A stretch of 55,383 nt of DNA. Origin: Macrostomum lignano. Its lineage: Eukaryota. The position numbers and the translations under genes were made by a program. The stretch covers positions 1 through 55,383 of the forward strand of contig NIVC01001729.1 in assembly GCA_002269645.1 (NCBI GenBank), in the 5' to 3' direction. Positions 25,477 to 38,490 of this stretch are shown here, in pieces. The notes beneath the pieces are model-generated. The model made no database searches. It was given only the letters and a program-made list of their open reading frames with translations, and was not told the origin of the DNA. The number at the start of each line of letters is the position of its first letter. Position 1 is the first letter of the stretch.

Positions 25477-25837
25477 GTGTTCACTCTACTTTATCTGGTG
25501 CTTAAATCAGTTTTTGGCTTGAAAACAAATTATCGATAATGGGTCAAATTAATTACTATGCATTACAGAAATAGTTTGCAATAATTTAATGACTTTCGAT
25601 AAAACGAACTTGTAGTTTGGTATAGCAAAAAGTCTCACAAAATCACCTTATTTATTATCAGCTTTGAACAAAATTGCATTTCTTCAGCTTTAAAATCTGC
25701 ATGTCAACATTAAAACCGTGTGCAGTTATATTTAACTTAATCAATCTACTCTTTACAATTTACCAGCATATGCTTTCAATTTCTTTGTGCATTGCTTTTA
25801 AATTTTTTGTATGAATGTACATTTGTTCATTCACTGG

Positions 25838-26085
25838 ATTCACAGGTGGTTAGATAACCGATTCACATTCACAGGTGGTTAGATAACCGATTCACAGGTG
25901 GTTAGATAACCGGTTCACATTCACAGGTGGTTAGATAACCGATTCACAGGTGGTTAGATAACCAGTTCACAGGTGGTTAGATAACTGTTTCACAGATGGT
26001 TAGATAACCGATTCACAGGTGGTCAGATAACCGGTTCACAGGTGGTTAGATAACTGTTTCACAAGTGGTTAGATAACCAGTTCTC
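25838..26085 (+). repeat. ~23-bp minisatellite (CACAGGTGGTTAGATAACCGATT)
   Basis: About 9 degenerate tandem copies. Confidence 0.88.
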
Positions 26086-27284
26086 ATGTGATTCCCTGCT
26101 GTGTGAGACTACCCAGTGAAACTTAGCCGCCGCAAAGCGGCGCAAGTTTTAATTGCTTCATTTTTTAGCCATTTGGCTCCACTTAATTAATACGAGTAGT
26201 AAACTGCTGTGCTAATCTCTAATCTCTTTCATCCATGTCCCGCTGGTTTATTTTGTATTCCCGTTTTATTATTTTATTATAATATGTACTTTATATGTAC
26301 GCTTTGCTGCTCTGTTGTACAAAGTTATCTGATTACAAAAAATAACAGAAAAAGACTATAAATATCTAAAAAAGTTTTACGAGTAATATTACTCTGAGCG
26401 TTGGCTGCATAAGCATACTGCTAGCTATGCTATTCTTACAAATCTGCTATCTAGATGGTGTTTTCTTATGTTGCTTATTTATGTACGTTAGTGTTACTTC
26501 CCGTACTGATCTGCACCTGTGCAGGCTCCCAATTTATTAAATAAATGACGGTTTGCATTGGTACGTGTCTTCGACGCTGGTTGTGTGGAAATGTTGCACT
26601 GGGGTGTTAAATAATTGATGTCAAACCATAACAGTTCAATCGACAATTTCTTGACTAACATTGAGCCCAAGGCAACAGCTCCACTGTCTACTTCATGCAG
26701 TTGTTTAACAACAGCAAAAGTACAAGGCGCTGTGTTTGCGGAATAAAACATTTAAGTTGGCGATTACATATAGTCTGATTAAATTTCAGTGACTTCATTA
26801 GGGCATCAGAGTACGCAAAAGAACGGGGTAAATAAATTACTGCAATTATTGATTAGCACACGGATAATGGAGTGGCACAGTCGCGAGGCTAAACAGTTAA
26901 ACAAAAGTTTGTGTTAATTAATCGTATCTTCTCATACGATTCCAACAATTCTAAAAAATTTAACGATGTTTAATAACACCGGAAAACGGCATAACGACAA
27001 CACCGGAAATATTTCCAAGAATCTGAGAACATAATTTTTGGAAATATTTCCAAAACAGATGGAAGAACAGTGTTTTTTTATTTCCGGAAAGACTTGGACA
27101 ACAGTGTTTCACGGAAATATTTCCGGTGTTTTTTTAACTTAACGAGCTCGTATCATTAGAGAAAATCTGTATATAGCTAGCAATATTGAACGAAGCGACT
27201 ATAATTAAAACTACGACGATTTCAAATCGATTCCACACTATCAGAAGTTTCACACAAATACACACAAAGAGTCAGAATGAAGCT

Positions 27285-30200
27285 TCATTCCTGCAGCCGG
27301 CCGTCCTCGATCAGGCGATCCAGGAAGTAGCGCACCCGGTCCATCTCCTCCACCCTGTTGGTCATCCGGACAACGTCGAGCAGCTCCTTGATGCCGACAT
27401 TCAAATGCCGATTCTGCGTCTCCTTCTTGATCCTGTCCAGCTCCTCTTTGGTGAACTCGGCGCTGTCAACTTTTTTCAGCGCCTCCAACAGTTCGTCAGA
27501 ATTGGTGAGATTGCTGACGTGAATCTTGCCGGCTGTGAAGCACTGGACAAGGCCGAGTTCGAGCAGCGCCTCCCGGCAGCTCGTGGTGCCCAGCAGCAGC
27601 AGGCTGCGATTCTTCGGCAGCGGCGCAGTGATCAAATCGCGGAGCGCCTGCAGCACGTAGTTCGAATACCTGGCATTGGGATCGGGGGCGGTTGCTTTGT
27701 CATAGTTTATTACAAAACACTCGCTATACTTCTTCAGTGAGCACCCCTGTCTCTTGGTGTGGGCGCCCCCTGTCTCTTGGTGGGTGCCCCTGTCTCTTGA
27801 TGGGTGCCCCTGTCTCTTGGTGGGTGCCCCTGTCTCTTGGTGGGTGCCCCTGTCTCTTGGTGGGTGCCCCTGTCTCTTGGTGGGCGCCCCTGTCTCTTGG
27901 TCTGGGCGCCCCCTGTCTTTTGGTGTGGGCGCCCCCTGTCTCTTGGTGGGCCAGGGGTCCGGAGCGAGAGCCAGTCGCAGTTTACCGCTGTTCTTGCTAC
28001 TCTGCCCCTAAGTAATATGTAGGTAGCATTTAATCAGTAATACTCGTACATTGTCACTGATGGTAGTAGTATATGTGTAGTCTTTTGCAAGACATGTATC
28101 ACGCAATTAAAATATTTATTTCTACAATACAAGTAGAAGACTCATGACGCTACTGTCAGTAGCCTTAGAAAAAGCTATTTAGGTCACCAAAACTGCATTT
28201 AGCTCACCTGGGCCCAACAGGGCTGTAGTCAATAAGGCCTTCTAACCCATCCAAAATAATCACGGCCTGTTTGGCTTTGTGCGCATCGTCAAAGTGCTGC
28301 TTAATAGCCTGGCATTTGGCCACCTCGCTGTAGCCAATCATGCGCTTGCTGGTGCACAGCCGGACATAGGAGAATCCCGATTGGCGGGCGATGTGCACCG
28401 CCAGGGCGGTTTTGCCTGCGGCGAGAAAGGGGAGATAAGACTGATAGCTTGACAATTAACCTCAGACAGATGGCACCCACCGATCTTAGGATTTGGGTAA
28501 ACAAAGACCATCTTGATTGAAGTGTACAAAGACACCATCCACGGCATCCAGGTGACACCAAGACAGACACCATCCAGGTGACAGCAAGACAGACACCATC
28601 CAGGTGACACCAAGACAGACACCATCCAGGTGACACCAAGACAGACACCATCCAGGTGACACCAAGACAGACACCATCCAGGTGACACCAAGACAGACAC
28701 CATCCAGGTGACATCAAGACAGACACCATCCAGGTGACATCAAGACAGAATCCAGGTGACACCGAGACACCATCCAGGTGACACCGAGACACCATCCAGG
28801 TGACACCAAGACACCATCCAGGTGACATCAAGACAGAATCCAGGTGACACCGAGACACCATCCAGGTGACACCGAGACACCATCCAGGTGACACCAAGAC
28901 ACCATCCAGGTGACATCAAGACAGAATCCAGGTGACACCGAGACACCATCCAGGTGACACCGAGACACCATCCAGGTGACACCAAGACACCATCTAGGTG
29001 ACATCAAGACAGACACCATCCAGGTGACACCAAGACAGACACCATCCAGGTGACACCAAGACAGACACCATCCAGGTGACATCAAGACAGACACCATCCA
29101 GGTGACATCAAGACAGACACCATCCAGGTGACACCAAGACAGACACCATCCAGGTGACATCAAGACAGAATCCAGTTGACACCGAGACACCATCCAGGTG
29201 ACACCGAGACACCATCCAGGTGACACCAAGACACCATCCAGGTGACACCAAGACAGACACCATCCAGGTGACACCAAGACACCATCCAGGTGACACCAAG
29301 ACAGACACCATCCAGGTGACATCAAGACAGACACCATCCAGGTGACATCAAGACAGACACCATCCAGGTGACACCGAGACACCATCCAGGTGACACCGAG
29401 ACACCATCCAGGTGACACCAAGACAGACACCATCCAGGTGACACCGAGACACTATCCAGGTGACACCGAGACACCATCCAGGTGACACCAAGACAGACAC
29501 CATCCAGGTGACACCGAGACACCATCCAGGTGACACCGTCGAGATACCATCCAGGTGACACCAAGACAGACACCATCCAGGTGACACCGAGACACCATCC
29601 AGGTGACACCGAGACACCATCCAGGTGACACCGAGACACCATCCAGGTGACACCGAGACACCATCCAGGTGACACCGTCGAGATACCATCCAGGTGACAC
29701 CAAGACAGACACCATCCAGGTGACACCGAGACACCATCCAGGTGACACCGAGACACCATCCAGGTGACACCGAGACACCATCCAGGTGACACCGAGACAC
29801 CATCCAGGTGACACCGAGACACCATCCAGGTGACACCGAGACACCATCCAGGTGACACCAAGACAGACACCATCCAGGTGACACCGAGACACCATCCAGG
29901 TGACACCGAGACACCATCCAGGTGACACCAAGACAGACACCATCCAGGTGACAGCAAGACAGACACCATCCAGGTGACACCAAGACAGACACCATCCAGG
30001 TGACACCAAGACAGACACCATCCAGGTGACACCAAGACAGACACCATCCAGGTGACACCAAGACAGACACCATCCAGGTGACACCAAGACAGACACCATC
30101 CAGGTGACACCAAGACAGACACCATCCAGGTGACACCAAGACAGACACCATCCAGGTGACACCAAGACACGCCAGTCACTCACCGCTATTAGGCGGCCCC

Positions 30201-31314
30201 TCGAGCAGCAGGGCCACAGGCCGGCCGCTGTCCAGGCTCTGCTCGGCCTCGGCGCGGGCGGCCCTGGTGGCCAGACTGCCGTTCTGCACGATGTGCTGCA
30301 CCGGCTCGCCCCAGTCGATGATGCCGCCAGTGATGTAGCGGTCCAGCTCCTCTTCCTGGGTGCCGAACGCCGGCTTGACGTCGTGCTCGAGCGCGTGCAT
30401 GAAATCGCCGCGCTGTACAAGGAGGCGATCTACGGCGTCCGGATCCAGCCGGACAGTGTCCGAGGCCTGCAAATGTAATTAGCCGGTGATCGACTGTATA
30501 GCCTTTTTAAATCAGCTTCCGGTCTATCGGGTATTTAGCTTCCGGTATGTCGGGTATTCAGCTTCCGCTATGTCGGGTATTAATCTTCCGGTCTATAGGG
30601 TATTTAGCTTCCGGTCTATCGGTTTTCAGTTTCCGGTAGGTCGGGTATTTAGCTTCCGGTCTATCGGTTTTCAGTTTCCGGTAGGTCGGGTATTTAGCTT
30701 CCGGTCTATCGGTTTTCAGTTTCCGGTAGGTCGGGTATTTAGCTTCCGGTCTATCGGTTTTCAGTTTCCGGTAGGTCAAGTATTTAGCTTCCGGTCTATC
30801 GGTTTTCAGTTTCCGGTAGGTCGGGTATTTAGCTTCCGGTCTATAGGGTATTTAGCTTCCGATACGTCGGGTATTCAGCTTCCGGTCAATCGGGAATTCA
30901 GCTTCCGGTGGCTATGATAATCAAAATATGATCTGATCAAAACGGCCCTGGCAGGGGACTCACCTGCACCAATCGGTTCATGGCAGTCACTGTGGCGGCC
31001 CGAACCAGGCCAGCCAGTTCGGCGCCAGAAAAATTTTTTGTCTCCTTGGCCAGCTCCTGAACGTCAACGTCCTGCGCCAGTTTGCCGTTCTTGCGCAGCT
31101 GCCCCGTGTGGATCTCCAGGATCTGAAGCCGGCCGTGCTGATCCGGCAGGCTGATCTCCATTTGAACCTCGAAGCGGCCCGGGCGGAGTAGCGCCTCGTC
31201 TATCATGTCCTTGCGGTTGGTCATGCCGATCACCAGGATGTTGTTCAGGGGCTCCACGCCTTCCATCTTGGTTAGCAGCTGGTTCACCACTGTGTCGTGC
31301 ACCTGGGAAGATAA

Positions 31315-31373
<59 letters not shown>

Positions 31374-31374
31374 T

Positions 31375-31417
<43 letters not shown>

Positions 31418-31441
31418 TATGGATAGATAGATAAATAGATG

Positions 31442-31501
<60 letters not shown>

Positions 31502-31557
31502 TATGGATAGATAGATAAATAGATGGATAGATAGATAGAGAGATAGATAGATCGATC

Positions 31558-31611
<54 letters not shown>

Positions 31612-32173
31612 CCCTCCCTACCTGCGTGCCACCGCCAACCGAGCCACGAGTTTTGCAGATGGCGTCAATCTCATCAAAGATAATGATGTGCAGGGCGGAG
31701 TTGTTGCCAACCCGTTTGTACTCTTCCTCGGCCTCGGCAAATAATTGTCGAATTTTCGACTCGCTCTCGCCGACATATTTATCCAGGATGGACGGTCCGT
31801 TGACGATTTTTGGTTCGCGGGCGTTTAGCATCTTGCCGATCTGGCGGGCCATGAGGGTCTTGCCGGTGCCCGGCGGCCCGTACAGCAGCAGGCCGCGCAC
31901 GTGATTCATGCCCAGCTGCTCCACCAGGTCCGGCGGGAAGATCCTTGAGGCGAATGTTCGACGAAATATGTCGCTGAATTCTCTGTCTAGGCCGCCGATG
32001 CCCATCATGCTGAAGTTCCAGTCCGGATTGATGATGGACTGGTACACCTGGGAGTGGCGGCGGGGCGGGCGGCGCTGAGAGACAGACAGTCAGACAGACA
32101 GACAGACAGACAGGCAGACAGACAGACAGACAGACAGGCAGACAGACAGACAGACAGACACAGACAGACAGAT

Positions 32174-32210
<37 letters not shown>

Positions 32211-33417
32211 CTTGTAGTGTGAGCATCTTTTGCGATAGCCTTGTATTCTATTAGTTAGGTTTTGCATTATTGTTATTGAATTATTATTTTGCTCTAGTTT
32301 AGTCATGCGTTTTTGGTGTACTTTTCTTGTTAGTTAAAATCTAAATTTGTAAACAGGTTAGAAGTCAGACGCCAATTGTGACTCAGCGGAGGGTTGAGTT
32401 TTCTGCGAACCCCAGCTTTGCGCGGCCAGCCAATCAGAACTGGCCTGGACCCTGGCACGCGGCAAGTTCCAGTTCTACCCGGCGCCGCGGGCACAGTGCA
32501 AATCAGCTTAACGGGCGGCCGGCCAGACGACCACCACCCGGCTTGAGGGGGGGTTGTGAGGGTTTGACTCTGACTATATACGAAAGTGTATTTGGCAATC
32601 GGATCTCGCCCTTCTTTCCCCGGTTTTGATTTTGTCCCGGTTCCCCGGCTGTTCGCCCGATCTTTTTGGTTCGCGCTTTGAGGCGTTTGAATTCGTCACC
32701 CCCGGTCCATATTTTGTTCCCCGCCCGACCGCCTCAGTCTTGTAGCGTAACGATTCGGCATCCTTGTCTGACGTCGTCGCTATCAAGCGCGGTTTAGATA
32801 GAGACTGTCGGATCTGATCAAGTACGCGGCCTCGACCCCGAGGGCCTCAGTGTCACACTGAAGGGCAGTGCTGATAGAACTTAGTCAGTGCTCCGTTGAA
32901 CGGTCGATTCGGCAGGGCTCTCGTTTGAGTGTAGGTTCTGGTTTAGGCCAGGGGTTAGGAGTATTCTCCGTGGTCGTGTTCGGTTCTTCTTCCTCTTCTT
33001 CTTCAGCTGAGATCTGCTTGCCAGTTGCGTTATTAATTTATTATCGCTAATCGTTATTACTCATTATCATCTGTGTCAATTTATCTGCGCCGTGAATCGT
33101 ATTGAGAATCTTGTAACTTTACTGATCAAATTAAACCGTCAATAAGATTTAGCTATTCTCATTAGGATTATCACTCTCTAAATCTTTCGGTTCGTGTTCC
33201 CTCGTGTTCTTTCTTTTCTTGTACTGTACCTGCGGCTATTGGAGAAAGACTGGTAGGACTCGCCGACCGGCGATAGGCAATTAGGGTCAATAGCTTTAAA
33301 ATCTCCGAACGCTCCAAGTAGGTTTGTCTACTAGGGCCTAATAATTGCTTACCGTGCATGCTATTTATCTAATTGCCTTTTTATCACACACTAAGACAGA
33401 CAGACAGACAGACACTA

Positions 33418-33458
<41 letters not shown>

Positions 33459-33467
33459 CAGACAGAT

Positions 33468-33548
<81 letters not shown>

Positions 33549-33625
33549 CAGACAGACAGACAGGCAGACAGACAGACAGGCAGACAGACACAGACAGACA
33601 GACAGACACAGACAGACAGACAGAT

Positions 33626-33670
<45 letters not shown>

Positions 33671-33863
33671 CAGACAGACAGACACTAAGACAGACAGACA
33701 GGCAGGCAGACAGACAGGCAGACACACAGACAGACAGACACACACAGACAGACAGACAGACACAGACAGGCAGATAGACAAACAGACACAGACAGACAGA
33801 CACTAAGACAGACAGACAGGCAGACAGACAGACAGGCAGACAGACACAGACAGACAGACAGAT

Positions 33864-33900
<37 letters not shown>

Positions 33901-33955
33901 CAGACAGACAGACACTAAGACAGACAGACAGGCAGGCAGACAGACAGGCAGACAC

Positions 33956-34010
<55 letters not shown>

Positions 34011-34083
34011 CAGACAGACAGACACTAAGACAGACAGACAGGCAGACAGACAGACAGGCAGACAGACAGACAGGCAGACAGAT

Positions 34084-34120
<37 letters not shown>

Positions 34121-34822
34121 CAGACAGACAGACACTAAGACAGACAGACAGGCAGGCAGACAGACAGGCAGACAGACACAGACAGACAGACACACAGACA
34201 GACAGACAGACAGACACAGGCAGCGTGCCAAGCGAGCAGCAATATCATTCCAATCAGCCCCACCTGCTTGCCCTTAGCCTTGCCGGTGAGGGTCAGCGGT
34301 GAGTCGGCGCTCAGCTTCTCAAACGTGACGATGGTGTTGCCAGAGACGATGCCAATCTTAGCCGGCTCTGTGCGGCCGTCGGGCAGCAGGAGCTCCAGCT
34401 CTTTGACACGCAGCAGCAGGTGCCGCTTGTCCTTGTATTTGAAGACCAGCTCCTGGCCGACTGTCAGGGGCATCTGGGGGAAGCACTGGGTGAACTCCAC
34501 CCGCATGTCGTCCGTGTTGTAGGGATCGTTGGTTGCGCTGCAGTGCGTGCGGAGTTTGGATGGAGAGTTGCGATGATTTTGAAAGAGAAAATGTTTAGAC
34601 TGCACTACTCAAAGTAGAGTTAGAGATATTTCACTTCCAATTGTTAAAGTAAAAACCTGTCCCTAAATGTACTTTTGTTCTCAGACTGGTTTGCTTTTAG
34701 CGTCTGTTTATGTGTGTGCATGTCTGTTTTTAGTGTCTGTTTAGTCTACTTTAATGTCTTTCTGTCTGTGTCTGTCAGCCTGTATGTCTCAGTGTCTGCT
34801 TGTGTCTGTCTGCCTGTCTACA

Positions 34823-34860
<38 letters not shown>

Positions 34861-34923
34861 CCTGTCTGTCCGTTTTTCTGTCTGTCTGTCTGTTTGTCTC
34901 AGTGTCTGCTTGTTTCTGTCTGC

Positions 34924-34966
<43 letters not shown>

Positions 34967-35026
34967 CCTGTCTGTCCGTTTGTCTGTCTGTCTGTCTGTT
35001 TGTCTCAGTGTCTGCTTGTGTATGTC

Positions 35027-35066
<40 letters not shown>

Positions 35067-35131
35067 GCTTGTCTGTCTGTCCGTTTGTCTGCCTGTCTGT
35101 CCGTTTGTCTGTCTGTCTGTCCGTTTGTCTC

Positions 35132-35219
<88 letters not shown>

Positions 35220-35945
35220 CCTGTCTGTCCGTTTGTCTGTCTGTCTGTCTGTTTGTCTCAGTGTCTGCTTGTGTATGTCTGCCTGTCTGCCTGTCTACAT
35301 GTCTGTCGGTCTGTCTGTCTGCATGTCTATCTCTCTGTTCAGCCACAGCATCAAAGCGTTTTAAATACACTGAATGTACTCAAATTTCCACTCACTTTTT
35401 CTTCAGCAAAAAATCCGCCTCAACAAGCAGATTAGCAATGGCAGCCTTACGGGGATCAAATTTGTGCGAGAATTTTATGCAAACTCTCTCGCCAATGCTG
35501 ACGTTGGTCCAGCGGCGCTGAAATAGAATAAAAACGGCAGCTGTTATGACCTGAGATACCCCTGTGACTCACTGATAACCCACCAAATCCCTAAGTGACT
35601 AACAGATGACAGATTAGCACAGGTAATTTACCTGAATTAGACTGAATCCAATTTGGCCCTTGGTCATTTTAGGACTAGTTCCCAGCATGAAAATAAAATC
35701 TCCTTTTCCACACTGCAGCACCAGGTGTCTAAAATGATAATTTATATGTTAAGTTAATACAAAAGAAAGTAAAAACACATCAATTAAAAGACAAACACAA
35801 TGAAAATAATCATTAAAAATGAAAGAAACACTTACTGAGTGGTAGAATGTAGAACATCTTCAGGGTGAAAAAACAGCTGGTTTGTCAGAGACAGCTCATC
35901 AGAAGGGCATTTAGCAGCCTCAAATGTTTGTGGTGATTGAGCCAT
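27285..35945 (-). CDS. NSF: Vesicle-fusing ATPase NSF (N-ethylmaleimide-sensitive factor), 747 aa
   Basis: Exons 35945-35836, 35728-35632, 35517-35396, 34537-34264, 32047-31622, 31302-30964, 30466-30184, 28415-28208, 27669-27285 (2244 nt, all GT-AG, in phase). N-terminal [11 protein letters not shown]; D1 [36 protein letters not shown]; D2 GPPNSGKT. Confidence 0.97.
27738..27950 (+). repeat. Intronic 21-bp minisatellite (GTGCCCCTGTCTCTTGGTGG-)
   Basis: Tandem units in the last NSF intron. Confidence 0.9.
28525..30170 (+). repeat. Intronic 22/26-bp minisatellite (GACACCATCCAGGTGACACC[AAGACA/GA])
   Basis: Fills most of NSF intron 28416-30183. Confidence 0.95.
30505..30912 (+). repeat. Intronic ~42-bp repeat of ~21-bp halves (GGTATTTAGCTTCCGGTCTATC...)
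   Basis: Tandem units in NSF intron 30467-30963. Confidence 0.88.
31312..31611 (+). repeat. (GATA)n microsatellite
   Basis: Fills nearly all of NSF intron 31303-31621. Confidence 0.97.
32078..32209 (+). repeat. (GACA)n microsatellite
   Basis: Direct reading. Confidence 0.95.
32377..33350. mobile_element. Unidentified GC-richer intronic insert, possibly solo-LTR-like
   Basis: Compositional shift inside an NSF intron; starts TG, with CCAAT (AGCCAATCAG) and TATA-like motifs. No end or TSD confirmed. Confidence 0.25.
33392..34220 (+). repeat. (GACA)n degenerate microsatellite block
   Basis: Direct reading. Confidence 0.96.
34700..35335 (-). repeat. (TGTC)n block, inverted relative to 33392-34220
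   Basis: Direct reading. Confidence 0.96.
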
Positions 35946-36839
35946 TATCTTTATTGAATATATCTCTGAAAATTAATGGTTAGATGTATTAGTATGGTAT
36001 GACATATAGTAGCCTATAGTATACTAATATGGTATATCCTATAATAATATATAGATTAAGCAAAGCCTACAGTTATTTAATATTATGCATAGTCAAAGTG
36101 ACTCAAAAAATATATTGTAAGTCCTAACTATTAATAAAATAATTTTACATTTTGCCATTTCTTACATTGAATTCTTGATGTTTACCTTTAGAAACTTAAA
36201 TGCATGCATAAAAAACTAATTTATACCAATAATTTTATTTTCTAAAAAACATTTTCATCTTCATAAAAGACTACTATAGTATTAGTAGTAATCATAATAA
36301 AGCAAAAATTGTAATCAAACTTTTAAGCCTTGAGCCTTAATATCAAGCCTAAGTGGTTTAGCCTAAAAGCATTATTATCATTATTTTATTTATTATATAT
36401 ATAGACATGAAAAATAGAAAACTAATTGCATAATAGAAAAAAAATCATACAATAGCAATACTCAATAGCAATCTACAAAACTTAATCCACAAGACTAAAT
36501 ATACATATACTTAAAAACATTATCATTGCCATGTTATTATCATTGAAAACTACCAATCTAGACCTAGCACATAGAGTCTAGACTGAATGGTGTAAGACCA
36601 AGACCGCCACACACCAAGACTGCCACACTTGGGAGCTAGGAGAGGAATTTGGCTCAATGTGTTATTAAATGGTGCGAGAGAGAAGATAAGTAGGTTAGGT
36701 AGGAGAGCCAGCAGGACAAGCCTGTGAGAGAAACTTATGAGGTTATGACTAAGCCTATATAGATTAGTATATATATAGGAAATAGGTTTATGTCATTTAA
36801 CAAAGTTTAAAATTTTAATGCCTTTATGTCAATGATACA

Positions 36840-36931
36840 CTAATAATAATATTAATAATAATAATAATTATATTAATAATTATAATAATAATAATATTAA
36901 TAATAATATTAATAATAATAATAATAATAAC

Positions 36932-36962
<31 letters not shown>

Positions 36963-36975
36963 GCAATAATATTGC
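36840..36975 (+). repeat. (AAT)n microsatellite
   Basis: Direct reading. Confidence 0.9.
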
Positions 36976-38490
36976 TCTATCAAAGGCGTTAAAGTTAGAA
37001 TAATAATGCCAATGACGCCTTCCGTTTGTACTAGAACACAAAAAGGGAACTTCCCTTATTCACTTATCGAGTTTAAGTACGATTTTTTGGTTCCCTGTAA
37101 TACGACACTAAAATTTATAGGCTGTGTGGAACATGTTTAAATCTGTGACACCACGCGAAAACATAAAATTCTGATATTTTTTATTTTACAGAACTTTTAT
37201 ATTATATATTTTTACAGCTTAGCAGAATTTTTAAGTATCTCATAGAAAATTTAAAAAGTGTCTTAATTTATACAGCCAGTTTGTTAAAATTTTTGTAATG
37301 AATAAAAATCGTTTTTCTAGGAAACCTTCATCTTCGCCGAGCAATTATCCTGAGCAAACTGAGCTGGCTTTCAGAATCGTTTGAAGACAATCTATTAGTC
37401 TGCTACTATTTTCATGCGTGCAATGTTAGAGAATTGAAAGGCTGAACTAAACTGAGCCCTTTACAGGCATTTAAATTGTTGCTCAACCGTTGAATCGATC
37501 GCAGTCCATGGCCAAGTTATATTCGCTCACTGTTTAAAGAAGACCGCAAAATTCAATAGCCATCGTACTAAAAATAGACTTTAGAATAGCGTAGCGTGAA
37601 GTAGTAAATACTCTTACCTGGCAATACTATGCATACAGAGTGATTACGATCATAGCTTGTACATGCAAAAAGGGCCGGCTATGCATGTCACAGGCAGCAG
37701 ACATGCAATTAAACGCTTGCGAGGCACGTCTGCACGCAATCGATGTACAGATTGTACAGATCGAGTTGCATAAAAGTGCATCCATGTAACGCACACTCAA
37801 CCTGATCAGCCGGCTAATGCTAAAACTGACTAATACCGGGACGCCGCGATGTTTTACTTATATAGGTAGGATCATGTTTTTTTGAGAGCGTTTATGATGC
37901 AAGATACAATTGCATCCGTAGATGGTTAAATTTAAATAATGCAAGCAAAAACAAGCTAAGCATTAGCTTAAAAGTACAGTGTTTATACATAAAAAGTTAA
38001 TTATTTTAACCCAGAGAATAGTTAATTAAATTGTTGCACTTTTATTTGATGCGAAATGAAATTCAGTGAAACAAACAAGGAAAACTCGTGTGCCGAGCTG
38101 GTATCAAAGGAGAATTTAATGGTTTCAATGAAGCTATAATACAGTTTTCAGATAAGAAAACAAACTGGTTTTAACTACAGTATGTACAAGTCAAGGACGT
38201 ACAAAAGTAGACAACCGGGGAGCCGCTTCTTAAGCTTCTTCACACGCCGTCGAGATTCCAACTTCAAATGCTCTTACATTTTAAAGTGACTTGCCTGCTA
38301 AGCTTTCTTAGAATGAGACTTTAAGCGTAAAATCGGCCTTCAAAAGAATTCTAAGAAACGACTTATACCCCAGGCTTTCTACTTGCAAGTTGCATTTAAT
38401 AGGAATACAATTCAAACGCACAAAGGGGAGATTATTAACTAGAGACGCGGGACAGCAAAGACTGAGGAGCATCAGACATTGGCCGGCCGC

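Noticed and set aside
26125-26145. GC hairpin CGCCGC-AAA-GCGGCG as a Helitron 3' end
   Set aside because: No CTRR terminus at the expected distance and no other Helitron feature.
28301-30420. Long Cys/Trp-rich ORFs (VSPGWCL...)
   Set aside because: Translations of an intronic minisatellite within NSF.
33345-35521. SVCL/TDRQ-repeat ORFs
   Set aside because: Translations of (GACA)n microsatellites.
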